Source of the DNA: a bacterium
GTDB lineage: Bacteria > Zixibacteria > MSB-5A5 > GN15 > FEB-12
Direction of reading: 5' to 3'
Assembly (NCBI GenBank): GCA_043811375.1
Contig: JBDRNJ010000031.1
Span: 1 to 64,000 of the forward strand
DNA: 64,000 nucleotides
This document shows, piece by piece, positions 19,248-28,887 of the stretch. A program made the position numbers and the translations under genes. Every line of letters starts with the position of its first letter. Within the stretch, counting starts at the first letter, position 1. A model generated the notes under the pieces. The model had not been told where the DNA came from. It made no database searches and was given only the letters and a program-made list of their open reading frames with translations.

Positions 19248-20480
19248 CTATTCTTCAAAGTTCACGAGAGTCTCACCCGTGATTGTTTCCAATTGAAAAA
19301 GGTTCAGGTAGAATTGAGTCAACTGCCCGTAGTAGTGCTCAAGGCCGGCCACCTCTATTTGAATTGCGTTTAGGAGCTCATTAAGGGTCAACCAGCCTTC
19401 TTCATAGGAATACAAGAGATTGTTGAACTCCTCCGAATCCTCAAGGAAGTGTGGTGAAGCTAGTGCAAGAGATCCCTGCGAACCGGCAATCGATTCTGTA
19501 AGCGCCTGCACTTGACCAATGGCCTGAGTGCGGTTAAGTTGCATCTCGGTCCGAGCAATATCGCTCTCGATCCGGTACTTACGTGCCGTCGAACCGTTGC
19601 GATTGAAGAGCGGTAGGCTTAGTGAAACACCCGCCACATATCCGTCCACGTCCGGATCAATCTTCTTAAGTCCCGCATACACGTTGAGAGCCGGTATGAA
19701 CTTCCCCTTTTCAGCAGATGCGCGCTTGCGAAACGACTCTACCAAGAGCGACCTGGACATATAATCTGGCTGAGATTCTACCACCGCAGTGTAGTGCTCG
19801 ACCGGCTTCAAGTCGATCAATCCGAAACCGACCGGCGTGGCCAGTGTGACCACGTCATCGGGACCCAATCCCACATTGGCTCGCCAGAATGCTGAGAGCT
19901 CTTTTCTCTCCTGCAGAGCTGATTGGTGACTCGCGTTGAGAGATATTATCGCCATCTGGATGAGGTGTTCTTCTGCACCTGATAGATGCCCCTCGGAGTG
20001 TCTTGAGGTTGCCACATGTGAGGCATCCGAAAGGGCTTCTTTAAACCGCTCTAATCGCGAAAGATACTCATCAAGGAGTTGTAAGGCTACGTACCCGGAC
20101 TTCAACGTAGCCAAATGTGTTCGCCTGCTCTGCTCTTTCGTCAATTCAGCCGATTTGACGCGATCTTTCCAACTTGACCGCTTCTTTGAGTAGGCCCACG
20201 GTACCTCGACCTGTTTCCCAATTGTGATTTGGTATTCTTTGGCCTGGTCGACATCCTCACGATCATATGCGATTACTGGATTTGACCATTGCAGGTCTTC
20301 GTCTCGTTCGGCAAGAACCCTTTCGAACTCCTGCCCAATGATCTGGGCACGCGGGCTGTATTCCTGCGCGTGATTGTCCAGATCAGAAAATCTGATTGTC
20401 TTGGTCTCCGCCTGGGCGACTGAGATGAGAACACTCAGTATCAGCCCAGCGCGAAGAATCCATGATGCTCTGTCAAGCAT
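19248..20480 (-). CDS. TolC/CzcC family outer membrane efflux protein
   Basis: Signal peptide, GVSLSLPLFNRN, YEEG motif, operon position. Confidence 0.85.
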   Translation of the reverse strand: MLDRASWILRAGLILSVLISVAQAETKTIRFSDLDNHAQEYSPRAQIIGQEFERVLAERDEDLQWSNPVIAYDREDVDQAKEYQITIGKQVEVPWAYSKKRSSWKDRVKSAELTKEQSRRTHLATLKSGYVALQLLDEYLSRLERFKEALSDASHVATSRHSEGHLSGAEEHLIQMAIISLNASHQSALQERKELSAFWRANVGLGPDDVVTLATPVGFGLIDLKPVEHYTAVVESQPDYMSRSLLVESFRKRASAEKGKFIPALNVYAGLKKIDPDVDGYVAGVSLSLPLFNRNGSTARKYRIESDIARTEMQLNRTQAIGQVQALTESIAGSQGSLALASPHFLEDSEEFNNLLYSYEEGWLTLNELLNAIQIEVAGLEHYYGQLTQFYLNLFQLETITGETLVNFEE

Positions 20481-20535
20481 ACACGTTATCCTTGTTTAAG
20501 AATATTGATTGTTTTGTTTAGAAAAAGACTTAGGA

Positions 20536-20967
20536 TCAGGTCAGCTTAGGCGGACCACGACAGACGAATGTGTCTATGGAAACCGATTCTGGAAGCGAGT
20601 CTCCGTCGCACACGCTTGCTGAAGACCTTTGGCCGACATCGGAACCGTCGACTACTTCGCCACATACACCCAATACATTGACTGGTAATGAGGTGTTTCT
20701 ATCATACGAACGGGTTCTATGCCAGTAGTCGATACTTTGGTCGAATGTATGGTGATGATGCCCGTCCTCGTGATGATCCTCAATAGCGTCCGGATCTACA
20801 TCAACCGGGTGGAGACTTATCTCTATTGGGAATCCTTGGTCGTCGTGCGAATGGTGGAAATGGACATACGGATAGACTTGGCTGAAGTAAACCAATAAGA
20901 GCACCAAAGCCAGCTTTGGCCATCCGTAGCGCTTGTTTACGTTTGGCGAACTATCCATAGAAGGCAA
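20536..20967 (-). CDS. His-rich small protein with N-terminal hydrophobic segment and C-terminal RGPP motif (CzcI/DUF2946-like leader)
   Basis: LALVLLLVYF, HFHHSH, HHEDGHHHH, ...CRGPPKLT*; start may be ATG 20958. Confidence 0.65.
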   Translation of the reverse strand: MPSMDSSPNVNKRYGWPKLALVLLLVYFSQVYPYVHFHHSHDDQGFPIEISLHPVDVDPDAIEDHHEDGHHHHTFDQSIDYWHRTRSYDRNTSLPVNVLGVCGEVVDGSDVGQRSSASVCDGDSLPESVSIDTFVCRGPPKLT

Positions 20968-21114
20968 ATGTAGTCAAGTTTCTCAAATAGTCAAACAGAA
21001 TCCTACTCGTTATAAGGTTTGTAGCTCCCGTATGTGTCATATGTTCCAACATATTAGTTCGCACATAGTGAATTTGACCTTTTGAGTACCTTGACCATCT
21101 GGTATTATTGGTTC

Positions 21115-22182
21115 ATGGCTACTTCAGGTACTAAGACACGTGGTTCAGGTGCGTATGTAGTCTCGCTCGCTCTCGTCTCGGCAGCCTTGTTTGGGGCTGC
21201 CACCCCGGCAAGCAAGGCGGTGCTTGGAAACCTCACGGCATTCCAGTTAGCGGGATTACTTTACCTCGGTGCGGCCTTGGGGGTCCTAACTGTCATGATT
21301 CGAAAGCGGTCTTGGCGCCCGCCGTGGGCGATGACAGCCAAGAACCAACGAAATCTAATCGGAGCCGTCTTTTTCGGCGGCCTCCTCGGACCGGTGCTTC
21401 TACTTTTTGGCTTGCAAATGGCTTCAGCGACCTCCGTATCTATGTGGCTGAACCTCGAAATAGTTGCGACGGCGGTTCTGGGGAGGATGTTCTTTCACGA
21501 TCACTTAGGGCGTTACGGCTGGTTGGGCGTAGCAGGCATTGTGGCCACCGGAGCTTTGCTCAGTGTCGGAGAAGGTTTGGCTGGTCTTTGGGCTGGCCTT
21601 TTGGTTACGGCAGCTTGTACCTGCTGGGGGTTGGACAACCATTTTACTTCCCTCATCGACGGCATCACGCCCTCTCAAAGCACCTTCTGGAAAGGGCTTG
21701 TGGCAGGCTCAGTCAACCTGATATTAGGCCTCATTCTGCACTCTTACGATGCTTCTGTGACGATCACGGTGGGTGCGCTTGTTATCGGAGTGTTCTCGTA
21801 CGGTGCCAGCATTACACTGTACATCACCGCCGCTCAGGGAATGGGAGCCACTCGCGCACAGATGTTCTTCGCCAGTGCTCCATTCTTCGGAGTTGCTCTG
21901 TCGGCGATTGCTTTGGGGGAATCAATAACTGCTCTTCAATTGACCTCTGGCGTCTTGTTGGCCATATCACTGGCCGCTCTCTTTCGAGACAGGCACCATC
22001 ATGGGCATGTACATGACCCGATGGAGCATGAACACGCGCACCGTCATGATGACGAGCATCACGATCACGCTCATCCGGAACTCGCGTCGGGGACGCGTAA
22101 CTCTCACTGGCACGAGCATAATGTGGTCGAGCACGCCCACCCCCATTGGCCCGACCTTCACCACCGCCATCGGCACAGCTAA
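21115..22182 (+). CDS. DMT/EamA family transporter with His-rich C-terminal tail
   Basis: About 10 TM helices in two EamA repeats; HHHGHVH...HPHWPDLHHRHRHS. Confidence 0.85.
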   Translation: MATSGTKTRGSGAYVVSLALVSAALFGAATPASKAVLGNLTAFQLAGLLYLGAALGVLTVMIRKRSWRPPWAMTAKNQRNLIGAVFFGGLLGPVLLLFGLQMASATSVSMWLNLEIVATAVLGRMFFHDHLGRYGWLGVAGIVATGALLSVGEGLAGLWAGLLVTAACTCWGLDNHFTSLIDGITPSQSTFWKGLVAGSVNLILGLILHSYDASVTITVGALVIGVFSYGASITLYITAAQGMGATRAQMFFASAPFFGVALSAIALGESITALQLTSGVLLAISLAALFRDRHHHGHVHDPMEHEHAHRHDDEHHDHAHPELASGTRNSHWHEHNVVEHAHPHWPDLHHRHRHS

Positions 22183-22288
22183 ATCTTATTGGGACTTCAT
22201 AACTGGTTTGGCTGGGGGGAAAGTATGGTGAGAGTGAGGTTTGGTTCTGACACTGCTGTAAGCTATTCTCTGACAATAGAATATAAAA

Positions 22289-22345
22289 TGGCGGGGGCTA
22301 CGAGACGATTTCCGCAACTGGGTAATCGAGAATGTGGCTGCCTAG
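22289..22345 (+). repeat. Junction D: left att end of the autonomous island, encoding tail WRGLRDDFRNWVIENVAA*
   Basis: Repeat of 10956-11009; TGGC aligns with AAGC at the tRNA 3' end. Confidence 0.78.
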
Positions 22346-22351
22346 AGACTG

Positions 22352-24160
22352 TTAGGCTCTCTCCAACTGCAGGAAATGCACGTAACCTGAAGCACCGCCA
22401 ACGAGGATCGTGACGCCATCAGGGCAGACCGCACAGCAGTACAGACTTTCATCAATATCGAAATTCATCAGAATCTGCCCCGACTCCAGATCCCAAACCT
22501 TCAGGGTCTGATCAGAAGACCCGGAGATGACACGGCCGCCGTCGGGCGTCACCGCCAGGGCATTGACCCAACCCGTGTGCCCCTCCAGGGTGCGGATGAC
22601 TTGCCCCGACTCCAGATCCCAAACCTTCAGGGTATGGTCCCAAGACCCGGAGATGACACGGCCGCCGTCGGGCGTCACCGCCAGGGCATTGACCCCACCC
22701 GTGTGCCCCCTTAGACTCATTAACTCACTGCCCCCTGCCTGCGTGATGCTGGGGTGCAATAGGCGTAACCAAGCCTGTTTGGCCTCTGACGCCTGATCAC
22801 GAAGGTTAACGATGTCCGCTTCCCTGCTTGAAAAAAGACGCGCATAGAGCTGTTCGGCCAGTTGATCCTTGTCCGTCATGAGAATGTGAGCTGCCAGCCG
22901 CAGGGCCGATTGTATAAGGCGCAAAACAGAATCATCCGGGAAGAAGTCGTAGTCGGATATCAGGCTCTGTAAATCCGTGCTGTTCAGCTTTGCTTGCAGC
23001 CATTTGAAATTTTTCAATAAGCGCCGCAGGGTCTCTGCACGATTAGCGCCTTGGAGATGGTAGCCGACCCATTGACAGGCGTATTGGTTGGGAAGGTTGT
23101 AATGATCTTTCCAGGAATCCGCCAGTTTGCCGTGCACAGAGTGCCCATCCGCCATCTGTGAGATAAGATAGGTTCGAATAACATCGTGCGGGCGAAGAGT
23201 TTTCTTATTCAGGTCAAGATTCTGCAGCAAAGAAAGGTTGGCCAGCCGCAACGCTAAGTCTTCTGTGTCAAGCTCGTCCAATCCCCATAATTGACTCACT
23301 ACATCAAGCGGTACGTTTTCATCCTCAGGAAAGATACCCAGGTGCAGGTAGCGTTCACGTCCCTTGGCAGGCAACAGCTCCAAACTGGCACCGACAGTCA
23401 GATCGATTGCATCATTACGATGTTCAGGATTGTGGCGGTTGAAAGCATCAATCCCCCGCTTGTCGAGCGCCTTGTTGAGGTACGCCACCGCCTCGTCCGC
23501 GCTGACGCCTCGTACAATGCGTTCTTTCAGAGCACTACCAGCCAGGGAAAGTAAGAGCGGCCACTCTCCCATACGAGCTGACAACTCACGGTACGGCTGC
23601 AAATCATGGGGACGGCTTTTAAGCTGACCTACCAACATCTCCGTGGCCTCGTCTGAAGTCATCTCATCAACCGAGACCAGTGGCATTCCGGTAACCAGAT
23701 CGCTCCGCCGAGTCGTGACCATCACAGTGCAACCGCCTACCGCTCGCCTGAGACACTCCAACTCCCTGCGGTTCCAGATATCGTCCAGCACAACCAGGCA
23801 ATCCTTACCAGCCACCTTACCAGCCACGGTATTTATGGCATCCTCTTCGTCCACAAAGGGGGGACGCTCACCGGTCAGCGCCGCGTACAACTTCGCGAGT
23901 GTACCCACTACATCCGGCTTCTCACCAAGCGTGACCTAGAGAATACCATCATTGTAAGCAGTGATAACTTCTTCATTATGACAAAGTGCTGCCGCCAGGG
24001 TAGTCTTGCCGAATCCACCGGCACCATACAGAGCAGTTGTGATGACAACCGGATTCTCCCGATTTTTGTCCAATACTAAGCTAAGAAGCTGGTCGTACTC
24101 ATTTGGACGCTCCACAAAACCCTCCGGTGGCTCCGGAGCCATATAGGGTACAAGTCCCAC
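22352..24160 (-). pseudogene. Apaf-1-like NB-ARC/WD40 (STAND/NLR) protein interrupted by an in-frame TAG
   Basis: GAGGFGKT P-loop in 23936-24160; GIL*VTLG (TAG at 23936-23938 where W is expected); same frame continues with LVVLDDIW, helical domain and WD40 repeats. Confidence 0.8.
22476..22709. repeat. Near-identical 126-bp-period tandem repeat encoding WD40 units
   Basis: TGCCCCGACTCCAGATCCCAAACCTTCAGGGT at 22476 and 22602. Confidence 0.9.
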
Positions 24161-24386
24161 TCCGAAGACATATCAAGCTGTGCAGTGGTTATCAATAGGG
24201 CGCATTTACGGCCTTGCCAACTACCACCCCCGCACAGTATATTCTGGATCACAGTCAGGGATGGAGCGTACGGTCGATTATGGCACAGGTCACAATAGAG
24301 AACCCAATTCTAAACTCGCCGTTTGGTGAACCGAGTCGTTGTGTTGTATTCGCTAAGAACGTGACGTTCTGGGGAGTCGCATAGGT

Positions 24387-27300
24387 ATGCCTAAACACCC
24401 CGTCGAGACTTACCTCAGTGAGCTTCATGAAATTCGTGCCACCGGCGGTGGCTCGGCTGAAATATCTTACTATGGTGCTTTGGAAGCACTGCTAAACGAG
24501 GTGGGAAGGAAGCTTAAGCCCAAAGTTCGTTGCGTTCATAATCTGGTAAATACCGGTGCAGGGTTCCCCGACTTTGGGTTATATACGGCAAATCAATTCC
24601 AGAAAGCCAAGAATGCCGAACCCTTACCGGGTCAGCTGCCGGAACGCGGCGTGATTGAGGTCAAACCCACCGACGATGATTCCTGGCTCACGGCAAAGGG
24701 GACACAGGTCACCAAATACTGGGGGCGTTACGGACAGGTACTGGTCACCAACTACCGCGATTTCGTCTTTATCGGTCGAGATGAAAGAGACAAACCAGTG
24801 AAGCTGGAGACATTTCGCCTGGCCGACACGGAGAACGCCTTCTGGGCAGCTACAACTCACCCGCGAAAGACGGCACAGGATAAGGGTGACAGGCTGATTG
24901 AGTTCTTGTGTCGCATCATGCAGCACGCTGCTGCGATTACTGATCCGGAGGACTTAGCCTGGTTCCTGGCGTCGTACGCGCGTGAAGCTAAGGCACGGAT
25001 TGAAGCCGTGAGCGATCTGCCTGGTCTTGCTGCTTTGCGCGGAGGGCTGGAAGAGTCACTTGGCTTGAGATTCGAGGGCGAGGAAGGTGAACACTTCTTT
25101 CGTGCAACATTGATTCAAACCCTTTTCTACGGCGTCTTTTCATCCTGGGTCCTGTGGGCACGCGATAACGGCACCAAAGAAACTGACCGGTTCAACTGGC
25201 ATGAGGCGGCATGGAATCTCCATGTTCCTATGATTGCCGGCTTATTTCAGCAGATTGCCACACCGAATAAACTTAAGCCGCTGGGGTTGGATGAGATCCT
25301 CGATTGGACCGGCATGGCTCTTAACCGTATAGTACGAGACAAGTTCTTTGAGAAGTTTGAGGAGGAGCAGGCAGTCCAGTATTTCTACGAGCCGTTCTTG
25401 AAAGCCTACGATCCTGATCTGAGAAAAAAACTCGGCGTCTGGTACACGCCACAGGAGATTGTCAAGTACCAGGTTGCACGTGTGGATACTGTGCTCCGAG
25501 AGGAATTAGACATCGAAGACGGCCTGGCTGACCCCAGCGTCTATGTGCTCGATCCCTGCTGCGGTACGGGGGCGTATTTGGTGGAGGTGCTGCGCAGCAT
25601 TCACCGGACACTGAAGGAAAAAGGTGCTGATGCTTTGACCGCCCAGCAGCTCAAAAAGGCGGCAATGGAACGTGTCTTCGGATTTGAGATTCTCCCCGCG
25701 CCTTTTGTTGTGTCACACCTTCAACTGGGTCTTATGCTCAGGACTCTCGGAGCGCCCCTTTCTGAGAATGGTAAAGAGCGCGTCGGTGTCTATCTCACAA
25801 ACGCCCTGACAGGATGGGAGCCGCCCAAAAGCCCCAAGGACCAATTGGCCTTCCCGGAACTGCAGGAGGAACTCGAAGAGTCTGGAAAAGTCAAACGTGA
25901 AGTCCCGATCTTGGTAGTCCTCGGTAACCCACCCTACAACGCCTTTGCCGGAACAAGCCCTGCAGAGGAACGGGGCTTGGTCGAGTCTTTCAAGGATGGA
26001 CTCACTAAACCGGTCAAGGATGGCGGCTGGGGGATAAAGAAGTTCAACCTCGATGACCTCTATGTCCGCTTCTTCCGCATCGCCGAGCGGCGGATTGTCA
26101 AGAGTGGCATGGGAGTAGTCAGCTATATCTCGAACTTCTCTTACCTTGGCGACCCATCATTCGTGGTCATGCGCCAACGATTCCTTGATGAATTTGACAA
26201 GCTCTGGTTCGATTCCATGAACGGTGATAGTCGGGAGACTGGCAAGAAGACTCCTGACGGGAAACCCGATCCCAGCGTCTTCTCCACAGAGCAGAGCCGC
26301 GTAGGCATTCGAGTAGGCACGGCGATCTGCACAATGGTTCGCAGGCGCAAGCGTTCAAGAATGCCCACGGTTCGCTTCCGCCACTTTTGGGGAGCGACAA
26401 AGCGAGCAGATGTCCTGAACAGCTTGAAGGTTAAGAAGTTCAATAAGGACTACGACATCTCCGGTCCTAATACAGGAAACAGGTTTTCGTTTCGACCCCA
26501 GGTTGTCGACGCTCATTATCTGTCATGGCCAAAGCTTACTGCGCTGTGTGGCGAAGCACCCAGTAACGGCTTGATGGAGAAACGAGGCGGTAGCCTCATT
26601 GATGTGGAGAGACAGGCTCTTGAAAGGCGTGTGACGGCTTACTTCGATGCGAACCTTGATTGGGAGGGGTACAGGTCACTCGGCTACGGGCTTGAGAAAC
26701 CGAAGGCAGGTATTGATGATCCCGAGAAACTGAGGAAGAAAGCAATAGCAGCAGAACCATATAAGCCACAACATTTGGTCCGGTATTCGGTACGCCCCTT
26801 CGAAATACAGTGGGCTTATTACTGCGCCGTCCCAGGCGTTTGGAATCGTGCGCGACCGAACTACAAGGAGCAATGCTGGGAGGGAAACACATTCATCATA
26901 ACGCGTCCTGCCGGAGTTGCGAGTGTTGAAGGAACTCCGCTGTTTTTCACAAGCACCATCGGTGACAACGACTCCCTGCGGGGACATGCCTACTACTTCC
27001 CGGTGCAATTTCGCCCGGCCACCAGGAAACGAAGGGCAGACAGCGCCTCTGGCAGCTTGGCTCTCGAAATCAAGCCGCAACGGGCCGTGGCCGCCAACCT
27101 CTCGAACAACGCACGCGCATACCTGAAATCCTTCGGCATCTCCAACCCGGACATGAACGCAGAGACAGCGAGCCTCATCTGGATGCACGCGCTGGCCATC
27201 GGATACTCGCCTGCCTACCTTTCCGAAAATGCCGATGGCATCCGCCAGGACTGGCCGAGAATCCCGCTTCCTGACTCGAAGAAAGCACTCCTGGCCTCTG

Positions 27301-27881
27301 CCAAGCTCGGCAACCGGGTCGCAGCCTTGCTCGATACAGAGAGGGGCTTGTCCGGCGTCACATCTGGTAGGCTTCGCGCAGAACTAAAGACAATGGGGAT
27401 CGTCTCGCGTGTTGGTGGAGGTAGCTTGACTGCGGAGGAAGGCGGCTTCGGCTTGACCGCCGGTTGGGGACACGCTGGAAAAGCTGGCGTCACGATGCCC
27501 GGCAGGGGGAAGATCGAGGAGCGGGCCTATACGGGTGAGGAGCTTGAAGCGTTTAACGCTGGGGCAAAGGGACTCGGTCTTACATTGAAGCAAGTGCTTG
27601 AGCATCTTGGGAAGAACACGCTCGATGTTTATCTGAACGACATGGCGTACTGGAAGAACATTCCAGTCAACGTGTGGGACTACCATATAGGTGGCTACCA
27701 GGTCATCAAGAAGTGGCTCAGCTACCGTGAGAAAAGTCTTCTTGGACGCTCCCTGAAAATGGAAGAAGTCGAATATGTCACCGACACGACACGTCGCATC
27801 GCAGCGATCATCTTGTTGCAGCCAACCCTTGACACCAACTATGAAGCAGTGAAATCGGATACATACGTGTGGAGCGACTGA
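24387..27881 (+). CDS. Single-polypeptide restriction-modification enzyme (type IIG / type ISP-like N6-adenine methyltransferase)
   Basis: N-terminal PD-(D/E)xK-like FPDF...IEVK; DPCCGTG motif I; GNPPY motif IV; C-terminal type ISP-like specificity region (WDYHIGGYQVIKKWLSYR); no helicase motifs seen. Confidence 0.85.
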   Translation: MPKHPVETYLSELHEIRATGGGSAEISYYGALEALLNEVGRKLKPKVRCVHNLVNTGAGFPDFGLYTANQFQKAKNAEPLPGQLPERGVIEVKPTDDDSWLTAKGTQVTKYWGRYGQVLVTNYRDFVFIGRDERDKPVKLETFRLADTENAFWAATTHPRKTAQDKGDRLIEFLCRIMQHAAAITDPEDLAWFLASYAREAKARIEAVSDLPGLAALRGGLEESLGLRFEGEEGEHFFRATLIQTLFYGVFSSWVLWARDNGTKETDRFNWHEAAWNLHVPMIAGLFQQIATPNKLKPLGLDEILDWTGMALNRIVRDKFFEKFEEEQAVQYFYEPFLKAYDPDLRKKLGVWYTPQEIVKYQVARVDTVLREELDIEDGLADPSVYVLDPCCGTGAYLVEVLRSIHRTLKEKGADALTAQQLKKAAMERVFGFEILPAPFVVSHLQLGLMLRTLGAPLSENGKERVGVYLTNALTGWEPPKSPKDQLAFPELQEELEESGKVKREVPILVVLGNPPYNAFAGTSPAEERGLVESFKDGLTKPVKDGGWGIKKFNLDDLYVRFFRIAERRIVKSGMGVVSYISNFSYLGDPSFVVMRQRFLDEFDKLWFDSMNGDSRETGKKTPDGKPDPSVFSTEQSRVGIRVGTAICTMVRRRKRSRMPTVRFRHFWGATKRADVLNSLKVKKFNKDYDISGPNTGNRFSFRPQVVDAHYLSWPKLTALCGEAPSNGLMEKRGGSLIDVERQALERRVTAYFDANLDWEGYRSLGYGLEKPKAGIDDPEKLRKKAIAAEPYKPQHLVRYSVRPFEIQWAYYCAVPGVWNRARPNYKEQCWEGNTFIITRPAGVASVEGTPLFFTSTIGDNDSLRGHAYYFPVQFRPATRKRRADSASGSLALEIKPQRAVAANLSNNARAYLKSFGISNPDMNAETASLIWMHALAIGYSPAYLSENADGIRQDWPRIPLPDSKKALLASAKLGNRVAALLDTERGLSGVTSGRLRAELKTMGIVSRVGGGSLTAEEGGFGLTAGWGHAGKAGVTMPGRGKIEERAYTGEELEAFNAGAKGLGLTLKQVLEHLGKNTLDVYLNDMAYWKNIPVNVWDYHIGGYQVIKKWLSYREKSLLGRSLKMEEVEYVTDTTRRIAAIILLQPTLDTNYEAVKSDTYVWSD

Positions 27882-28107
27882 TTGAATGATGCCAAACTCG
27901 ATACCTCCGTTCATGAGCGCGCGTACTAAGGTTCTTCTTGTTTGAGACGAGCTACCGCCTGAGGGTGGTTTCTGGAAACTCAGTGGGTCAAAACTACTGG
28001 TGAGTTTAGGATTATGACTGCTTCTCCGCTCAGAATCAGATTGAGTGCTCGATTTGTGATTGTCAACCAACTGACAACCTGCTATTCCAGAGGTAGGAGG
28101 TAAGCGT

Positions 28108-28887
28108 ATGGGACATATCCGACTCGACCGACTACCGAAGACCAGGCGTTGGAAAGAGGTTATTGAGTTACTTCACCAGGGCAGGTCCATTGACGAGTTG
28201 GCGCGGGCAACATTCTACGCCGCTCAAACGGGTTTGTCTCGAATACCCATTGATGCCGGCTTCACTCAGACCCTTACCGTCATATTTGGTTTCATTGACG
28301 CTCTCCAATCCAAAACTCCAGTTACCAGTTTGCGTCAAAAAGGCTTTGCCGTGCCGACGGATGCTTCACTATTTGACTATGTCGGTAGCTTCAAGGCGCG
28401 AGCCGAGGACGCAGCAGCGGCTGTCCACGCGCGATCCGATATCGCTGAAATCGCACGGGATAGTTTCTCGCAAGTTCTGCTGAAATACGCCGGTTCATCG
28501 TTGCAGACTCTCTTCGGCGTCGATTCAACTGATGCGAAACAAGCTTTGCGATCCAACCTCAAGGGGAAGCCACTCGGCTCGACTATGCACGAGTTCTTCG
28601 CCACCTTCACTCAAAGGTATCTCAATTACTACTTGGGTCGCGAATTGCCTAATCACGTTGGGACCGGCAAGGCGTTTTCAAATGTGGATGGGCATTCGGA
28701 GTTCAACAAGGCGTTTGACCTCCATGTCAGGCAGACAGTGCGGATAGCCGACGAGTTCACTCCGGGTTGGTTTGGCAAGGCACGATATGAGGAGAGGCTC
28801 TCGCATAAGGACGTGTCTCGCTTTGCCCATACAGCCTTCAAGAAGATTCGTAGCGAATTTCGGCGAGGTGGAGAGGCTAATGGATGA
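28108..28887 (+). CDS. Hypothetical helical protein coupled to a QueC-like gene (starts MGHIRL)
   Basis: AGGAGG RBS; 259 aa; 8-nt overlap with the next gene. Confidence 0.8.
   Translation: MGHIRLDRLPKTRRWKEVIELLHQGRSIDELARATFYAAQTGLSRIPIDAGFTQTLTVIFGFIDALQSKTPVTSLRQKGFAVPTDASLFDYVGSFKARAEDAAAAVHARSDIAEIARDSFSQVLLKYAGSSLQTLFGVDSTDAKQALRSNLKGKPLGSTMHEFFATFTQRYLNYYLGRELPNHVGTGKAFSNVDGHSEFNKAFDLHVRQTVRIADEFTPGWFGKARYEERLSHKDVSRFAHTAFKKIRSEFRRGGEANG

Noticed and set aside
10955..22345. Junction repeats as a CRISPR array or integron attC sites
   Set aside because: Spacing is kilobases and irregular, no cas genes, no RYYYAAC/GTTRRRY hairpin structure, and the tyrosine recombinase does not look like IntI.
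23936..23938. Pyrrolysine or recoded TAG in the NLR gene
   Set aside because: TAG is used as a normal stop in many genes here, no pyl genes are seen, and TGG to TAG is a simple transition.
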